In this document: in pieces, positions 1-12,532 of the stretch
How positions within the stretch are numbered: position 1 is the stretch's first letter
How the letters are laid out: every line of letters begins with the position of its first letter
Origin: Octopus bimaculoides
Taxonomy: Eukaryota
DNA length: 48,413 nucleotides
Direction: 5' to 3'
NCBI RefSeq assembly: GCF_001194135.2
Contig: NC_069005.1
Location: forward strand, 4,115,433-4,163,845
Made by a program: the position numbers and the translations under genes
Notes under the pieces: model-generated
Database searches by the model: none
What the model was told of the DNA's origin: nothing
What the model saw: only the letters and a program-made list of their open reading frames with translations

Positions 1-39
<39 letters not shown>
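1..39. repeat. (TA)n microsatellite
   Basis: Perfect TA run at the window start; dozens of similar (TA)n, (TG)n and (TACA)n tracts occur throughout. Confidence 0.98.
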
Positions 40-44
<5 letters not shown>

Positions 45-122
45 ATCTACCTTCACATGGTTGCATCTCGTTAGTGATGTGACCATTACGACAGAACTAG
101 AAGAATCAGTATCGCGTCCAAC

Positions 123-186
123 AAAATGCGTAGTGGCATTCTATCCGTTCAAATCTTGCAGAGGTTGATTTTGTCTTTCATCGTTT
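123..186 (+). mobile_element. Decayed fragment of SINE family A
   Basis: gttcaaatcttgcagaggttgattttgtctttcatc aligns with gttcaaattttgccgaggtcgactttgcctttcatc in the copy at 2243. Confidence 0.5.
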
Positions 187-199
187 CCAGATTATGAAA

Positions 200-895
200 A
201 TATACTTCCAGTTAATTACTGGGCGAGTTGTGTTCCACCAAATACTTACCCGTCTGCGTCGAATCCTACTGTTTCTCAGATTCACGTTGCGATGGCCCTT
301 ACATAAAATTTTGTTGCATTGTATATCCCATTTTGCTCCATCTAAAAGTTCTACATATTCGACGTTCTGTACAAGTATTGGCAGGATATATTTTTGCAGC
401 AAGTTGAAGTAAATGACACCCAGTCACAGGACTGTGAAAACTGCACGATCGAATTAAGACTTTTAGGGATAAACGACGTCATAATTTAACCCCTTGTAAC
501 TTCATGTGTTCCTTCGTAATATGCAGACTGTTAGCTAGTGTTCATCTCCTACTCATCTTTACAAATACCACGCGTAAACTTCATTGTTTATTCCAGATCA
601 TTTGCATTGTCGCATGGATTATTGCTATACTTTCAAATTCTTATCTCGGTGTCACTTGGCGCAAATAATTTCTTTAAATCTGGGAATAAGTTTCTGGTAC
701 TTTTTACGCTTTGCTTTATTGTCCTTGTCTTCCGGAATGTTACATGTGGATCTTCTGAAGAGTTGCATTTGCTTCATAATTCCACCAAGTCTCGTAGGTG
801 GATGTTTTGACAATGTCTTCTAAAATGTCTTTGCACCACGACTGCGTTTTCAAATTTCCAGTAATACCTGAGAAAAGAAATGATTAATCTACTCC
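200..895 (-). pseudogene. Decayed IS630/Tc1/mariner-type transposase (DUF4817-like HTH plus DDD/E domain)
   Basis: Minus-strand translation with frameshifts and stops gives, in the expected order: YYWKFENAVVVQRHFRR (866-816), PPTRL (801-787), YEANATLQKIH, RVVF..DE, HITKEH..GVKL*, VTG/VIYFNLLQKYILPIL, DGA (D at 342-340), HRNV..NLRNSRIRRR. These match my recollection of the mariner-like motifs YWK.EN..EVQR.FR, PPTRLTI, FEADGTV, VFSDE, TVTG..YL.ML...LP.L, QDGAP.H and HRDVR...WIGRRG. Confidence 0.75.
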
Positions 896-1944
896 CCTAA
901 TTTATTTCAAATGCTTGAAAGCTAAAACAAAAACTAAAATTTAGTGAATCATGAACTGAGTATACAAATCATTTTGGTTCACACCGTATATATATATATA
1001 TATANNNNNNNNNNNNNNNNNNNNNNNNNNNNNNNNNNNNNNNNNNNNNNNNNNNNNNNNNNNNNNNNNNNNNNNNNNNNNNNNNNNNNNNNNNNNNNNN
1101 NNNNNNNNNNNNNNNNNNNNNNNNNNNNNNNNNNNNNNNNNNNNNNNNNNNNNNNNNNNNNNNNNNNNNNNNNNNNNNNNNNNNNNNNNNNNNNNNNNNN
1201 NNNNNNNNNNNNNNNNNNNNNNNNNNNNNNNNNNNNNNNNNNNNNNNNNNNNNNNNNNNNNNNNNNNNNNNNNNNNNNNNNNNNNNNNNNNNNNNNNNNN
1301 NNNNNNNNNNNNNNNNNNNNNNNNNNNNNNNNNNNNNNNNNNNNNNNNNNNNNNNNNNNNNNNNNNNNNNNNNNNNNNNNNNNNNNNNNNNNNNNNNNNN
1401 NNNNNNNNNNNNNNNNNNNNNNNNNNNNNNNNNNNNNNNNNNNNNNNNNNNNNNNNNNNNNNNNNNNNNNNNNNNNNNNNNNNNNNNNNNNNNNNNNNNN
1501 NNNNNNNNNNNNNNNNNNNNNNNNNNNNNNNNNNNNNNNNNNNNNNNNNNNNNNNNNNNNNNNNNNNNNNNNNNNNNNNNNNNNNNNNNNNNNNNNNNNN
1601 NNNNNNNNNNNNNNNNNNNNNNNNNNNNNNNNNNNNNNNNNNNNNNNNNNNNNNNNNNNNNNNNNNNNNNNNNNNNNNNNNNNNNNNNNNNNNNNNNNNN
1701 NNNNNNNNNNNNNNNNNNNNNNNNNNNNNNNNNNNNNNNNNNNNNNNNNNNNNNNNNNNNNNNNNNNNNNNNNNNNNNNNNNNNNNNNNNNNNNNNNNNN
1801 NNNNNNNNNNNNNNNNNNNNNNNNNNNNNNNNNNNNNNNNNNNNNNNNNNNNNNNNNNNNNNNNNNNNNNNNNNNNNNNNNNNNNNNNNNNNNNNNNNNN
1901 NNNNNATATATATATATATATATATATACGTACATTGATCTGTA

Positions 1945-2200
1945 TCTAAAAACAGAATAAAAAGAGTATCCTGTACATTCGGGAGAACATGGAACTCACT
2001 TCCTGTCTTCATTTAAAAAAGACGGTATGTCAAAATGCTGCTGCAGTACAAGTGCTAGTACCAACATTTGGCATATTGGACAAGTCCCTCGACGAGATAC
2101 GCAGACTGGATTTCAAAACCAGAAATGTACTGACCACCTCTGCTGACTCAGCAGCGACACCGATAGGATTTATGTGAGACGAAGTGATAGCGTTAAAAGC
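1945..2200 (+). mobile_element. Decayed R4/Dong-like (RLE-type) non-LTR retrotransposon fragment, region after the RT core
   Basis: KTVCQNAAAVQVLVPTFGILDKSLDEIRRLDFKTRNVLT, then after a frameshift SSDTDRIYVRRSD. Resembles the AVPV..YSFG..DW...E...LD.KTRK.LT...SD.DRLY..R..GGRGL motif as I recall it. Confidence 0.7.
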
Positions 2201-2242
2201 AGTAGGTCACTCCAAAAAGCTTTTCAATATAAGGCATTGCAA

Positions 2243-2457
2243 GGCGGTGAGCTGGCAGAAACGTTAGCACACCGGACGAAATTAAGCAGCGGTATTTCGT
2301 CTGTCTTTACGTTCTGAGTTCAAATTTTGCCGAGGTCGACTTTGCCTTTCATCCTTCGGGATCGATAAATTAAGTATTAGTTACGTGCTGAGGTCGATCT
2401 AATCGACTGGCACCCTGCCGAAAAATTTCGGGCCTTGTGCCTAGAGTAGAAATGAAT
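2243..2457 (+). mobile_element. tRNA-derived SINE, family A, full length
   Basis: A-box-like TGGCAGAAACG, B-box-like GAGTTCAAAT, core gaggtcgactttgcctttcatccttcgggatcgataaa (resembles the Meta/MESC core as I recall it). Related copies at 15128, 19993 and 11827-12770. Possible TSD GCATTGCAA (2234-2242) / GCATTGTAA (2461-2469). Confidence 0.9.
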
Positions 2458-3403
2458 GTCGCATTGTAACACTGAGACGACTGCTGCTGAACAGCAAAGA
2501 AAGAAATCGGCGCATTCCATACTGAGGGCAACATTCCATACTGAGGGCAGCAGTATTTTCAGAGCTGGAGAAGAAATGTTATGCGGNNNNNNNNNNNNNN
2601 NNNNNNNNNNNNNNNNNNNNNNNNNNNNNNNNNNNNNNNNNNNNNNNNNNNNNNNNNNNNNNNNNNNNNNNNNNNNNNNNNNNNNNNNNNNNNNNNNNNN
2701 NNNNNNNNNNNNNNNNNNNNNNNNNNNNNNNNNNNNNNNNNNNNNNNNNNNNNNNNNNNNNNNNNNNNNNNNNNNNNNNNNNNNNNNNNNNNNNNNNNNN
2801 NNNNNNNNNNNNNNNNNNNNNNNNNNNNNNNNNNNNNNNNNNNNNNNNNNNNNNNNNNNNNNNNNNNNNNNNNNNNNNNNNNNNNNNNNNNNNNNNNNNN
2901 NNNNNNNNNNNNNNNNNNNNNNNNNNNNNNNNNNNNNNNNNNNNNNNNNNNNNNNNNNNNNNNNNNNNNNNNNNNNNNNNNNNNNNNNNNNNNNNNNNNN
3001 NNNNNNNNNNNNNNNNNNNNNNNNNNNNNNNNNNNNNNNNNNNNNNNNNNNNNNNNNNNNNNNNNNNNNNNNNNNNNNNNNNNNNNNNNNNNNNNNNNNN
3101 NNNNNNNNNNNNNNNNNNNNNNNNNNNNNNNNNNNNNNNNNNNNNNNNNNNNNNNNNNNNNNNNNNNNNNNNNNNNNNNNNNNNNNNNNNNNNNNNNNNN
3201 NNNNNNNNNNNNNNNNNNNNNNNNNNNNNNNNNNNNNNNNNNNNNNNNNNNNNNNNNNNNNNNNNNNNNNNNNNNNNNNNNNNNNNNNNNNNNNNNNNNN
3301 NNNNNNNNNNNNNNNNNNNNNNNNNNNNNNNNNNNNNNNNNNNNNNNNNNNNNNNNNNNNNNNNNNNNNNNNNNNNNNNNNNNNNNNNNNNNNNNNNNNN
3401 NNN

Positions 3404-3438
<35 letters not shown>

Positions 3439-5982
3439 AATGTATGTATATATATGTGTGTATATATATGTATAAATATATACGTATAAATAAGTATATA
3501 TATCATATGTGTATCATACTCTATCTATATATCTATATATATCTCTTTATATATAATTACAAACACTGACACACTCACACACATACATACGCACACATGT
3601 AATATAAAGAGTGAGACAGAATCAGATTGACTGCTGGAAATATTGCTGCATACACGCATGTACGTTTGTCAGTCTTATATATAAACACACGTACACGTAT
3701 ATTCACACGTGTGTGTGTGTGTCTGTGTGTGTTAATTACTTTTGATGCAACATCATCCAACCCATCGACTTAGCCATGAATCCGCCAGAAACACTCAAAC
3801 ATTCACACAAGCACTTACACATACGAACATGTACATGTTCAGAAGTGGATAACATGTGGTTGGTGGAGATTAAAAGTATATACCTGCAAATCGGCCCATC
3901 AATTCGAAGCTATTCTAAGACGAATTTTACAAGATTTTCATGCGTTCGTTATCAGAGACAGGGAAACACATTTCGCCATCTAAGGAAAATTTACAGTCGG
4001 ATTCCTTTGTTCGTAATTTATGTTTCTTTCAGAAATGCTTGATTGATGATAATAGCCGACATGCGTTGCCATTTCTCTTACAATAAAACCCACCCTGTAT
4101 AGGCATTATTTTATACGTTTCGCGCGCCTGGCCATAAAAATAAATCAATTCATCCCATTTGTTGTTTCTGAAATGCATCGCATTTTACTGACAGCTTTGT
4201 GTGTTTCAAGACAGGCTCGATATAAACCTATTTCGAAGACACAAGCGTATATAAGTGTGTGTTTGTGTTTATGTGTGCGTGTGTGTGATTCCCCGCGCTG
4301 GTGTGTGTGTGTGTGTATGAATGTGTGGATTTTACATGTATGCGGAAAATTATAGGTAAGTATGGATGCATGTGTGTACATACAAACTAACATACGGATA
4401 TATGTCACTATATATATATATATATATATATNNNNNNNNNNNNNNNNNNNNNNNNNNNNNNNNNNNNNNNNNNNNNNNNNNNNNNNNNNNNNNNNNNNNN
4501 NNNNNNNNNNNNNNNNNNNNNNNNNNNNNNNNNNNNNNNNNNNNNNNNNNNNNNNNNNNNNNNNNNNNNNNNNNNNNNNNNNNNNNNNNNNNNNNNNNNN
4601 NNNNNNNNNNNNNNNNNNNNNNNNNNNNNNNNNNNNNNNNNNNNNNNNNNNNNNNNNNNNNNNNNNNNNNNNNNNNNNNNNNNNNNNNNNNNNNNNNNNN
4701 NNNNNNNNNNNNNNNNNNNNNNNNNNNNNNNNNNNNNNNNNNNNNNNNNNNNNNNNNNNNNNNNNNNNNNNNNNNNNNNNNNNNNNNNNNNNNNNNNNNN
4801 NNNNNNNNNNNNNNNNNNNNNNNNNNNNNNNNNNNNNNNNNNNNNNNNNNNNNNNNNNNNNNNNNNNNNNNNNNNNNNNNNNNNNNNNNNNNNNNNNNNN
4901 NNNNNNNNNNNNNNNNNNNNNNNNNNNNNNNNNNNNNNNNNNNNNNNNNNNNNNNNNNNNNNNNNNNNNNNNNNNNNNNNNNNNNNNNNNNNNNNNNNNN
5001 NNNNNNNNNNNNNNNNNNNNNNNNNNNNNNNNNNNNNNNNNNNNNNNNNNNNNNNNNNNNNNNNNNNNNNNNNNNNNNNNNNNNNNNNNNNNNNNNNNNN
5101 NNNNNNNNNNNNNNNNNNNNNNNNNNNNNNNNNNNNNNNNNNNNATATATATATGTATGTATATATATGTGGGTGTGGGTGTGTGTGTGTGTGTGTGTGT
5201 ATACACATACATATATATAAATATATATATATATGTATATATACATATGCATGTATGGGTACAGACGCATGTATATGGATACATATATACATATATATGT
5301 GTACACACACGCACATATATATGTATATACACATACACATGTATACATATTTAAATATGTACATTGTTGTATGCACATATACATGTATGAGCGGACGTGT
5401 AGTTTCTTCGCTGTTTCTGTTTCATATCTGCACCAACAGCCTGCTTTTATATATAAATAGATATATAGATCCGTTTGTCGGTGCTTTTCTTCTACCTAGG
5501 TCGTTGGAACAACATTAAACATCCCGTCTTCGAGTTCTGTTTTAACGCAATGGTACAGTTCATTGCTTTTGCACACCCACTTCTAATTCTGGCCCTTAAT
5601 ATACGGCTTTCTCAACACTTTTAACAAACATAACACTCCTTAAAATTTATGGAACAGCAATTGCTTAGAGCGATGAAAGGTACTTCACTCTATTGTCTAT
5701 TTTGTGGTTCTTGTTGCATAGATTAGAATGTCGAACATAAAAATACAGCGGCTTCTGTCGTAATAAACGTGGGTTGGATTATAGCACACACAACTTGCAA
5801 TCTTAGGATGGTTGGCCATCGTTCATAGATATACAATGACTTATACGATCGTAAGAATCCCTCGCTTTTTCCCTACCTCTCTCTCTCTCTCTTTCTTTCT
5901 CACTATATATATACACCCAAACACCCACACACGCGCATATATATATGTGATATATATAAATTATATATATGTATTGTGTGTA

Positions 5983-6016
<34 letters not shown>

Positions 6017-6298
6017 TATGTATATATATATTTATACATATATATATATAGATATATTATATATACATATAAATACATAAATATAGATGTGTATATGTGT
6101 GTGTGTACGCATATGTGTGGGCGTGTGTACGTACACCCCCCACATATATATGTATTTATAAAATCTGCAAGCGGATTAGATACACAATTAAAAACATTCT
6201 TACATGTGTACAAATATACACTTTTCTATATATACCTGTATATAAATATACACACATATGTAGATATATCCATGTATGTATGCATGTATGTATGTATT

Positions 6299-6329
<31 letters not shown>

Positions 6330-6540
6330 TTATATATGTATGTATGTAAGTCTTTCATGTACGTATGCATGTATTTCTTTAAAAAATAGCAAAGGCAATG
6401 TTTACGAGATATTGGAGAGATAGAAAATATATGAATGCCCTGAAAGGAGAACACACTGAGATGTTGGCAAATACATGCATGTGTATGTTTGTGTGTGTGT
6501 TTGTGTGTCTGTGTGTGCGTGTGTGTGTGTAAGAAAGCGG

Positions 6541-6547
6541 GAGAGAA

Positions 6548-6591
<44 letters not shown>

Positions 6592-6614
6592 TGAGAGAGT
6601 GAGAGAGAGAGAGT

Positions 6615-6648
<34 letters not shown>

Positions 6649-6653
6649 GAGAG
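6541..6653. repeat. (GA)n-rich compound microsatellite
   Basis: GA run with GAAA and GT interruptions. Confidence 0.95.
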
Positions 6654-6773
6654 AACGATAAATAGTTGAAATCCATATTACATATAGACTAGAAATGTGA
6701 GCATTTACGTAGATTACAAAATAGATTAGTAAATAGAATATACTTTACAAATGTTTTATGAATAGCCTCTGTA

Positions 6774-6824
<51 letters not shown>

Positions 6825-6940
6825 GTGAGTGTGTCGGTGTGTGTGTCTGTTTGTGTGTGTGAGTGTATACGTGTGTGTGAGTGTACACGTGTGTGTGAGT
6901 GTATACGTGTGTGTGTGAGAGTGTATGTGTGTGTGTGTAT

Positions 6941-7122
6941 GTTTGCGTGTGTCCGAGTGTGTATGTATATTTGACCTTTTGATTAAATAAGTTTAATTTA
7001 TTAAGCACATACATAAAGATATATATATTTACACATATATGTGTTTGCGTCTGTCCGAGTGTGTGTATGTATATTTGACCTTTTGATTAAATAAGTTTAA
7101 TTTATCAAGCACATACATAAAG
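6941..7122. repeat. 102-bp-period local tandem duplication
   Basis: 6941-7018 and 7043-7122 are near-identical (gtttgcgt.tgtccgagtg...gattaaataagtttaatttat.aagcacatacataaag). Confidence 0.9.
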
Positions 7123-7403
7123 TTTATATACACATTCGAACGGAAGATGTGTTATGAATAAATATTCTACTGTTCGAAATTAGTTGTGAATGTGAGCTGC
7201 ATATATAGATATTCGCATATGATTACGTACGTACCATTACATTCTTACATATGTGTACTTATATATATGTACTTATCTATGTGTGTGTATGTCTGTGTAT
7301 GTATACATACATTATGTGACTATATGTTTGCATGCATTTATACATATATACATACATACATACATGTGTATACATATAATATACGAACACAAATAGGATG
7401 AAT

Positions 7404-7490
7404 GTTCACTATAGCTGTTTCAGACAGGTTTTTATTGAAGAATAATTCCATTACGTCATTGACAAAACGTTTTCTTTAAGTTGAATGAAA
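7404..7490 (-). ncRNA. Possible relic type I hammerhead motif
   Basis: Minus strand: ttcaa CTTAAAGA ... GAAACAGCTATA gtgaac. Shares ttcactanarctgtttcag (plus strand) with 37075-37093. Core mutated. Confidence 0.2.
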
Positions 7491-8085
7491 AACTGCTAAT
7501 TTGCTTCGGAGAAAATAAAAACTGTACAAAAATGTTCTATATGCATTGACCTTCTCATTTCGGCATCTTTTTCTATGAAAACCAAAGAAGACATCTTTTC
7601 AGAATGCAATCGAATTATTCATCAATAAAAAATGTGTCTGAACCAGTTGTGGTGGAACTTTAACCCATTTTGTGAGTGTACTTTTGTTTATTTTGTACAT
7701 ACACCGTGTCTGGAACACTATGTATGTTGTATCTGAAACTTACATTGGATCGTGAAACTAGATGTGGCTGTGCATGGGTATGTAATTTTATGTGCACGTA
7801 AATTTATACGAATGCGCATGTTTGTGTGCAACTACATGTATGTGTATGTGTTTGACTATGTTTGCATATACAAGTGCGTAAGGTTATTTTTGTACATGAT
7901 ATATATACAGGGATGCACAGATTTCGACTCCCGATAGTCTCCTTAATATCAAAATACCTTGGTTTTTTAAAATGAATCTATAAAAAATTTATTATATGCG
8001 TATCTGTGCGTGCGTGTATATACGCTACTACGATTATATATAAAATTGTTTGCTGCTATATATATATAGTTTTTTTTTCTGTTAA

Positions 8086-8279
8086 TTGTTTCAATTATTT
8101 GACTGCGGTTACGCTGAAGCACCGGCTTTAGTCGAGCATATCAACGCCACGTCATATTGCTTCTAAGCTTAGTACTTATTCTATCGGGTACTTTTGCCGA
8201 ACCGCTATGTTACAAGGACGTAAACACATGGTCGGACAAAGAATGGCACACAAACACACACAGGGCACACACTCGTGCG

Positions 8280-8313
<34 letters not shown>

Positions 8314-8528
8314 CACACACACGCACACACACACACACATATATATATATACATATACGACGGGATATTCTTAGTTTCCGTCAGCCAAATACAATGACAG
8401 GGTTGTGGTCTGCCCAGGCCATACTAGAATAGTAGAAGGGACTTGCCCAAACCGCAAAGCAGTTGGACTGAACCCGGAACCATGTGGTTGGTAAGCAAAC
8501 TTCTTACCACACGGCCACTCATGCGCCT
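8086..8528 (-). mobile_element. tRNA-derived SINE, family B (CORE-like head, internal CA microsatellite, family-A-like tail)
   Basis: Minus strand starts aggcgcatgagtggccgtgtggtaag (A box) ... ggttcagtcc (B box) ... ttgggcaagt (CORE-SINE hallmark), then (TG)n, then a 3' part ending gcagtcaaataattgaaacaa. Related pieces at 21080, 21319, 26771 and 9823. Confidence 0.85.
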
Positions 8529-8542
8529 ATGCATATCAGGGC

Positions 8543-8573
<31 letters not shown>

Positions 8574-8714
8574 CGTTTGTGTGTTTGTGTGTGTGTGTGT
8601 ATGTGTGTGTGTTTGTGTGTGTGTGNNNNNNNNNNNNNNNNNNNNNNNNNNNNNNNNNNNNNNNNNNNNNNNNNNNNNNNNNNNNNNNNNNNNNNNNNNN
8701 NNNNNNNNNNNNNN

Positions 8715-8815
8715 TGGACTGAACCCGGAACCATGTGGTTGGTAAGCAAACTTCTTACCACACGGCCACTCATGCGCCTATGCATATCAGGGCGTGCGTG
8801 TGTGTGTGTGTGTGT
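8715..8815. other. Probable false duplication across a gap
   Basis: Identical to 8464-8564; the copies are separated only by a (TG)n tract and an 89-N gap. Confidence 0.8.
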
Positions 8816-9822
8816 ATGACATTAAACTGCATACGGTAGTTCGGAAGTTTGGGATTTCTATTTTTGTGAGGAACCTGGAGTCACCTCTTCATTATTATTA
8901 ATCCCAGGTCTCCTGTGACCTGAAGTTTTAATAGTTGTCAAAACCAAAACTTTGAGTTAAATAGATTTCCCATCGATACAGGAAGTTCCCGTTATTTTTG
9001 ACAAATCTGTCTTTATGTCAGAGTATATTTCTCTGAGAAAGATTCTCTGGCATGAAACTTGTAATCCCAATAAGACCAGTAATTACGCAATAGTTATACA
9101 GATATTTCTTGCTTAAATCCAATAACATACAAACGTCTAACTCCCATTTCATATATTGTTCCGTTTTGTATTTTATGAAGTCCTATGGTGATGGTTACGT
9201 AGCGGCATGAAATATCATATCGATATATATGCAGGGATAAAACTAAATCGGTGGAATATGAGACGAGTACTGTCTAATGAGACGACGCATTTATAATTGC
9301 GTATGTATGAGCGCGTTGGTGTAGTAAAGACTAATTTTACGTCCCGTGTGGAGAATGATGTTTAGTAATACGACAAAGCAAAAATCGTTAGGACAAGCTC
9401 TAGAGTGATATCAGATTTACAGGTGGAAGGATGTCAAATACGAAATACATTGAAGGAGGCCAACAGATTTGTGGTAGACCAACGATTGAAGACATGTATC
9501 ATATACAGAGGCACGAGCTCAATCAAATCACTTCATTAGAATTTATTACAATAGAACCACATCACTCAGGTTAGCGGCGTAAATTTATATAGTATAATTA
9601 CCTGAGATATCCCGCATTCCATGACGCAACTATACCACCCTTGAGAGAAATTCTCTGAAACCATCAATATGTGAATGTAGAGGCATAAGATTTAAAATGG
9701 TACTCATCAAAAGGTGTTCGCTGACTCAGACATTGGTGATCACAAATTCCTCGTATAATACTCGGCGTACTTAGTTTTTTACACTTAATATCCATTATCG
9801 ATACTCCCTTTATCGATATAGT

Positions 9823-9872
9823 TCTTTTATTCGTTTCAGCCATGTGGTTGCGGTCATGCTTGAGCACCACCG
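9823..9872 (-). mobile_element. 3' end fragment of a family-B-like SINE
   Basis: gtttcagccatgtggttgcggtcatgcttgagcacc resembles gtttcaattatttgactgcggttacgctgaagcacc at 8088-8123. Confidence 0.5.
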
Positions 9873-10050
9873 TGATTTTCAACTTATATACACATCTTTC
9901 AACCTGTGTATATATGTGGAGTGAATATCTGCAGTATTTGGGCATATTTAGCGTCTACTTTCAGCATATAGGCATGAAACCCTATATCTATCTATCTATT
10001 TATCTATCCATCTATCTTATGTATCTATCCCTAATACTTTCTCTCCCCAC

Positions 10051-10112
<62 letters not shown>

Positions 10113-11717
10113 NNNNNNNNNNNNNNNNNNNNNNNNNNNNNNNNNNNNNNNNNNNNNNNNNNNNNNNNNNNNNNNNNNNNNNNNNNNNNNNNNNNNNNNN
10201 NNNNNNNNNNNNNNNNNNNNNNNNNTATATATATAAATTTATACATACACACACATATATATAAATTTATACACACACACACATATATATATATTATACA
10301 TGTGTGTGTATATATGTATGAATGCATAAAGATATATATATATATGTATGTATATGCATACGTAACAAGCATATAAACACACACATATACAGACATATGC
10401 ACATGTGATTGTGCATGTGTATGTATGCGTGTGTGTGCGCGTACGTGTGTATACCTATGAAAGTATTCCTTCATATTTTCTTGTAACTAATATTACGAAT
10501 TTACTTCAACCAGCCTGTTTTCCCCAAACAAATTTGACCCAAACCTATTGTTTATTCTATCTACATAAATAGCGCAACGAAACCAACAATATACACTGTG
10601 ACATGTTAATATATTCTGTATGTTTAATCTCCGTACATGCGTCATACATAACCGTTAAGGTTTCGTTCCAATCCATCCCGCAGGGACGTATAAACACTTT
10701 CTTTTTAAAACACTAAACTTTTATTTATTCTACTATGTATGTTCAGCGATAAACTGTGAACCGTATATCAGTATTCTTTCTAGCGTGGTCTGTAATATGA
10801 CTATATTGGAAAAAGTTAATAATACTTTTAAAGATTTGCTAAAATGAAAATTAATATTAAGATGACTTGAGGGAAGTGTTTTGTTTTCAACTTTTTATTA
10901 TCTACCCAATATTTCTTCCCCTTTTCCAAACACCATCATTATTTTTTTTTCATAACTTTTCGGTTATCTCTAGTAGATCTCCATGAAATATAAAGCCACT
11001 TTTTCTCATTGTTATTAATAATATTATCACCGTGATTATCTTTCTCCAGTTTCTGCAGGTTGCTTTGTTGCTTTTATTTGATTTTCTCCTTTCCTTGTGT
11101 ACTTTAAATGTAACGTTTTAGTGCTTTATGAGTTATCTGGGACCCCGCAGATAGATTTCTTGAATTTTCAGTGACTTATTAAAATAGCAACATTCCTGAA
11201 CGGGATATAAATTTCTTTCTGAAATTAAATCAATTCATATTCGGCATTAAGTCTTCGCATCATTTTCGCTTCACGAACATTAAGACTCGTGTGGCGTTAG
11301 CTGCTCACTCTCTTTTCCTCCGCCCCTATCTAACTATCTACCTATCTACCTATATATCGAAGTCTTTTCATACACGTAGATATGCACTAAGAATGAGAAC
11401 TAATGTATAAGAATGTACGAGGACTAATCATCATAAAATATATTCAAACATAATCATATAAAAGAGAATGAGTCGTGCTTTTACACAGTCGCACGCACAG
11501 GCAATAGAAAGGCATACAACTCTCACACACATGTACATACAGCAGCACGTACACTCATACGTACACACATATGATATTTGTATCATAATTATAATAGTCC
11601 ACGTATCGAAACGTTCACTGGATGCTTCTCTTAAAATCATATAGATTCTATAAGCTGCTTAAAGTAAATATACGTATTTGTATGTTTATGGGAATATATG
11701 TGTGTACGCGAGTGTAT

Positions 11718-11773
<56 letters not shown>

Positions 11774-11826
11774 GGTGTGTATATATGTATAAAGCAAGCA
11801 TGTTTGGTATCATTATTAAATCATAA

Positions 11827-12010
11827 AAGGCAGCGAAATGAAAGAATTGTTAGTCGACCGGACAACATACTTAACGCCAATTTGCCCCTCTTCGTGTTCT
11901 GAGCTCGAATTTCACCGAGGTCCAAATAGTCTTCCATGATTTCGGGACAGATAAAAATGACTTATTACCCCCGCTCAACATCTGAGGGACCTGTGACAAA
12001 GTTTGAAACC
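11827..12010 (+). mobile_element. Decayed SINE family A copy (cluster copy 1)
   Basis: aaggcagcga...gttagtcgaccggac...gttctgagctcgaatttcaccgaggtc...gacaaagtttgaaacc. Confidence 0.65.
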
Positions 12011-12026
12011 GTTATTCACTTGTAAG

Positions 12027-12240
12027 AAGGCGGCGTATAGAGAGAAGCGTAGGAAGCCGGAGAAAATTCAAAGCACCATCTTTTCTGTCTCTAACTTCTG
12101 AGATCAAACTTAAATGCCACTGCAGCCGACCTTACCATTCATCCTTTTGGAGTCGATGGAATAACTACCTGGGGGTCAATATAATCGACAAGCCAGCCAC
12201 GATATCTCTCCAAAATTACATGCCCTTTTCTTATCGTTGA
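12027..12240 (+). mobile_element. Decayed SINE family A copy (cluster copy 2)
   Basis: aaggcggcg...ttctgagatcaaa...gccgaccttaccattcatccttttggagtcgat...gggggtcaatataatcgac. Confidence 0.65.
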
Positions 12241-12264
12241 AAGGGTTATTTATTGGTGAGATAA

Positions 12265-12465
12265 GGGTATATTGGCCAAATGGTGAGAACACTGGAAAAA
12301 TTGCCTCGGGAATATATCTTCAGGCTAAATATGTACGTAGTTCAAATCCAATCGAGATCAACCTGGCATTTCATCATCGTTGAGGCCACAAGATAAATAA
12401 CATATCTTCTGTTTAATTGGCTAGTATCTGTACAAGAAGCAATCAAGTGCTAAGAAACCAAGTAC
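12265..12465 (+). mobile_element. Decayed SINE family A-like copy (cluster copy 3)
   Basis: tggccaaatggtgagaacactgg...gttcaaatccaatcgagatcaacctggcatttcatc...gataaataa. Confidence 0.5.
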
Positions 12466-12532
12466 GGGATTGCAAATGACGAAAATACATTACATAATAG
12501 GTAAATCTATTCCAATATAGTTAAAAATTAAT

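Noticed and set aside
191-306. Plus-strand acceptor followed by YENILPVNYWASCVPP...
   Set aside because: The pyrimidine tract is SINE-derived and the frame is antisense to the transposase.
740-867. Apparent minus-strand exon after a strong acceptor (ITGNLKTQSWCKDILEDIVKTSTYETWWNYEANATLQKIHM*)
   Set aside because: Better explained as frameshifted pieces of the Tc1/mariner transposase fossil.
5500-5552. Possible 53-nt plus-strand exon
   Set aside because: Weak donor (GTACAG), two frames equally open, peptide unrecognised.
9240-9500. Possible RTE-type LINE C-terminal relic (GRP-like motif)
   Set aside because: Motifs too fragmentary to support by eye; a frameshift-aware protein search would settle it.
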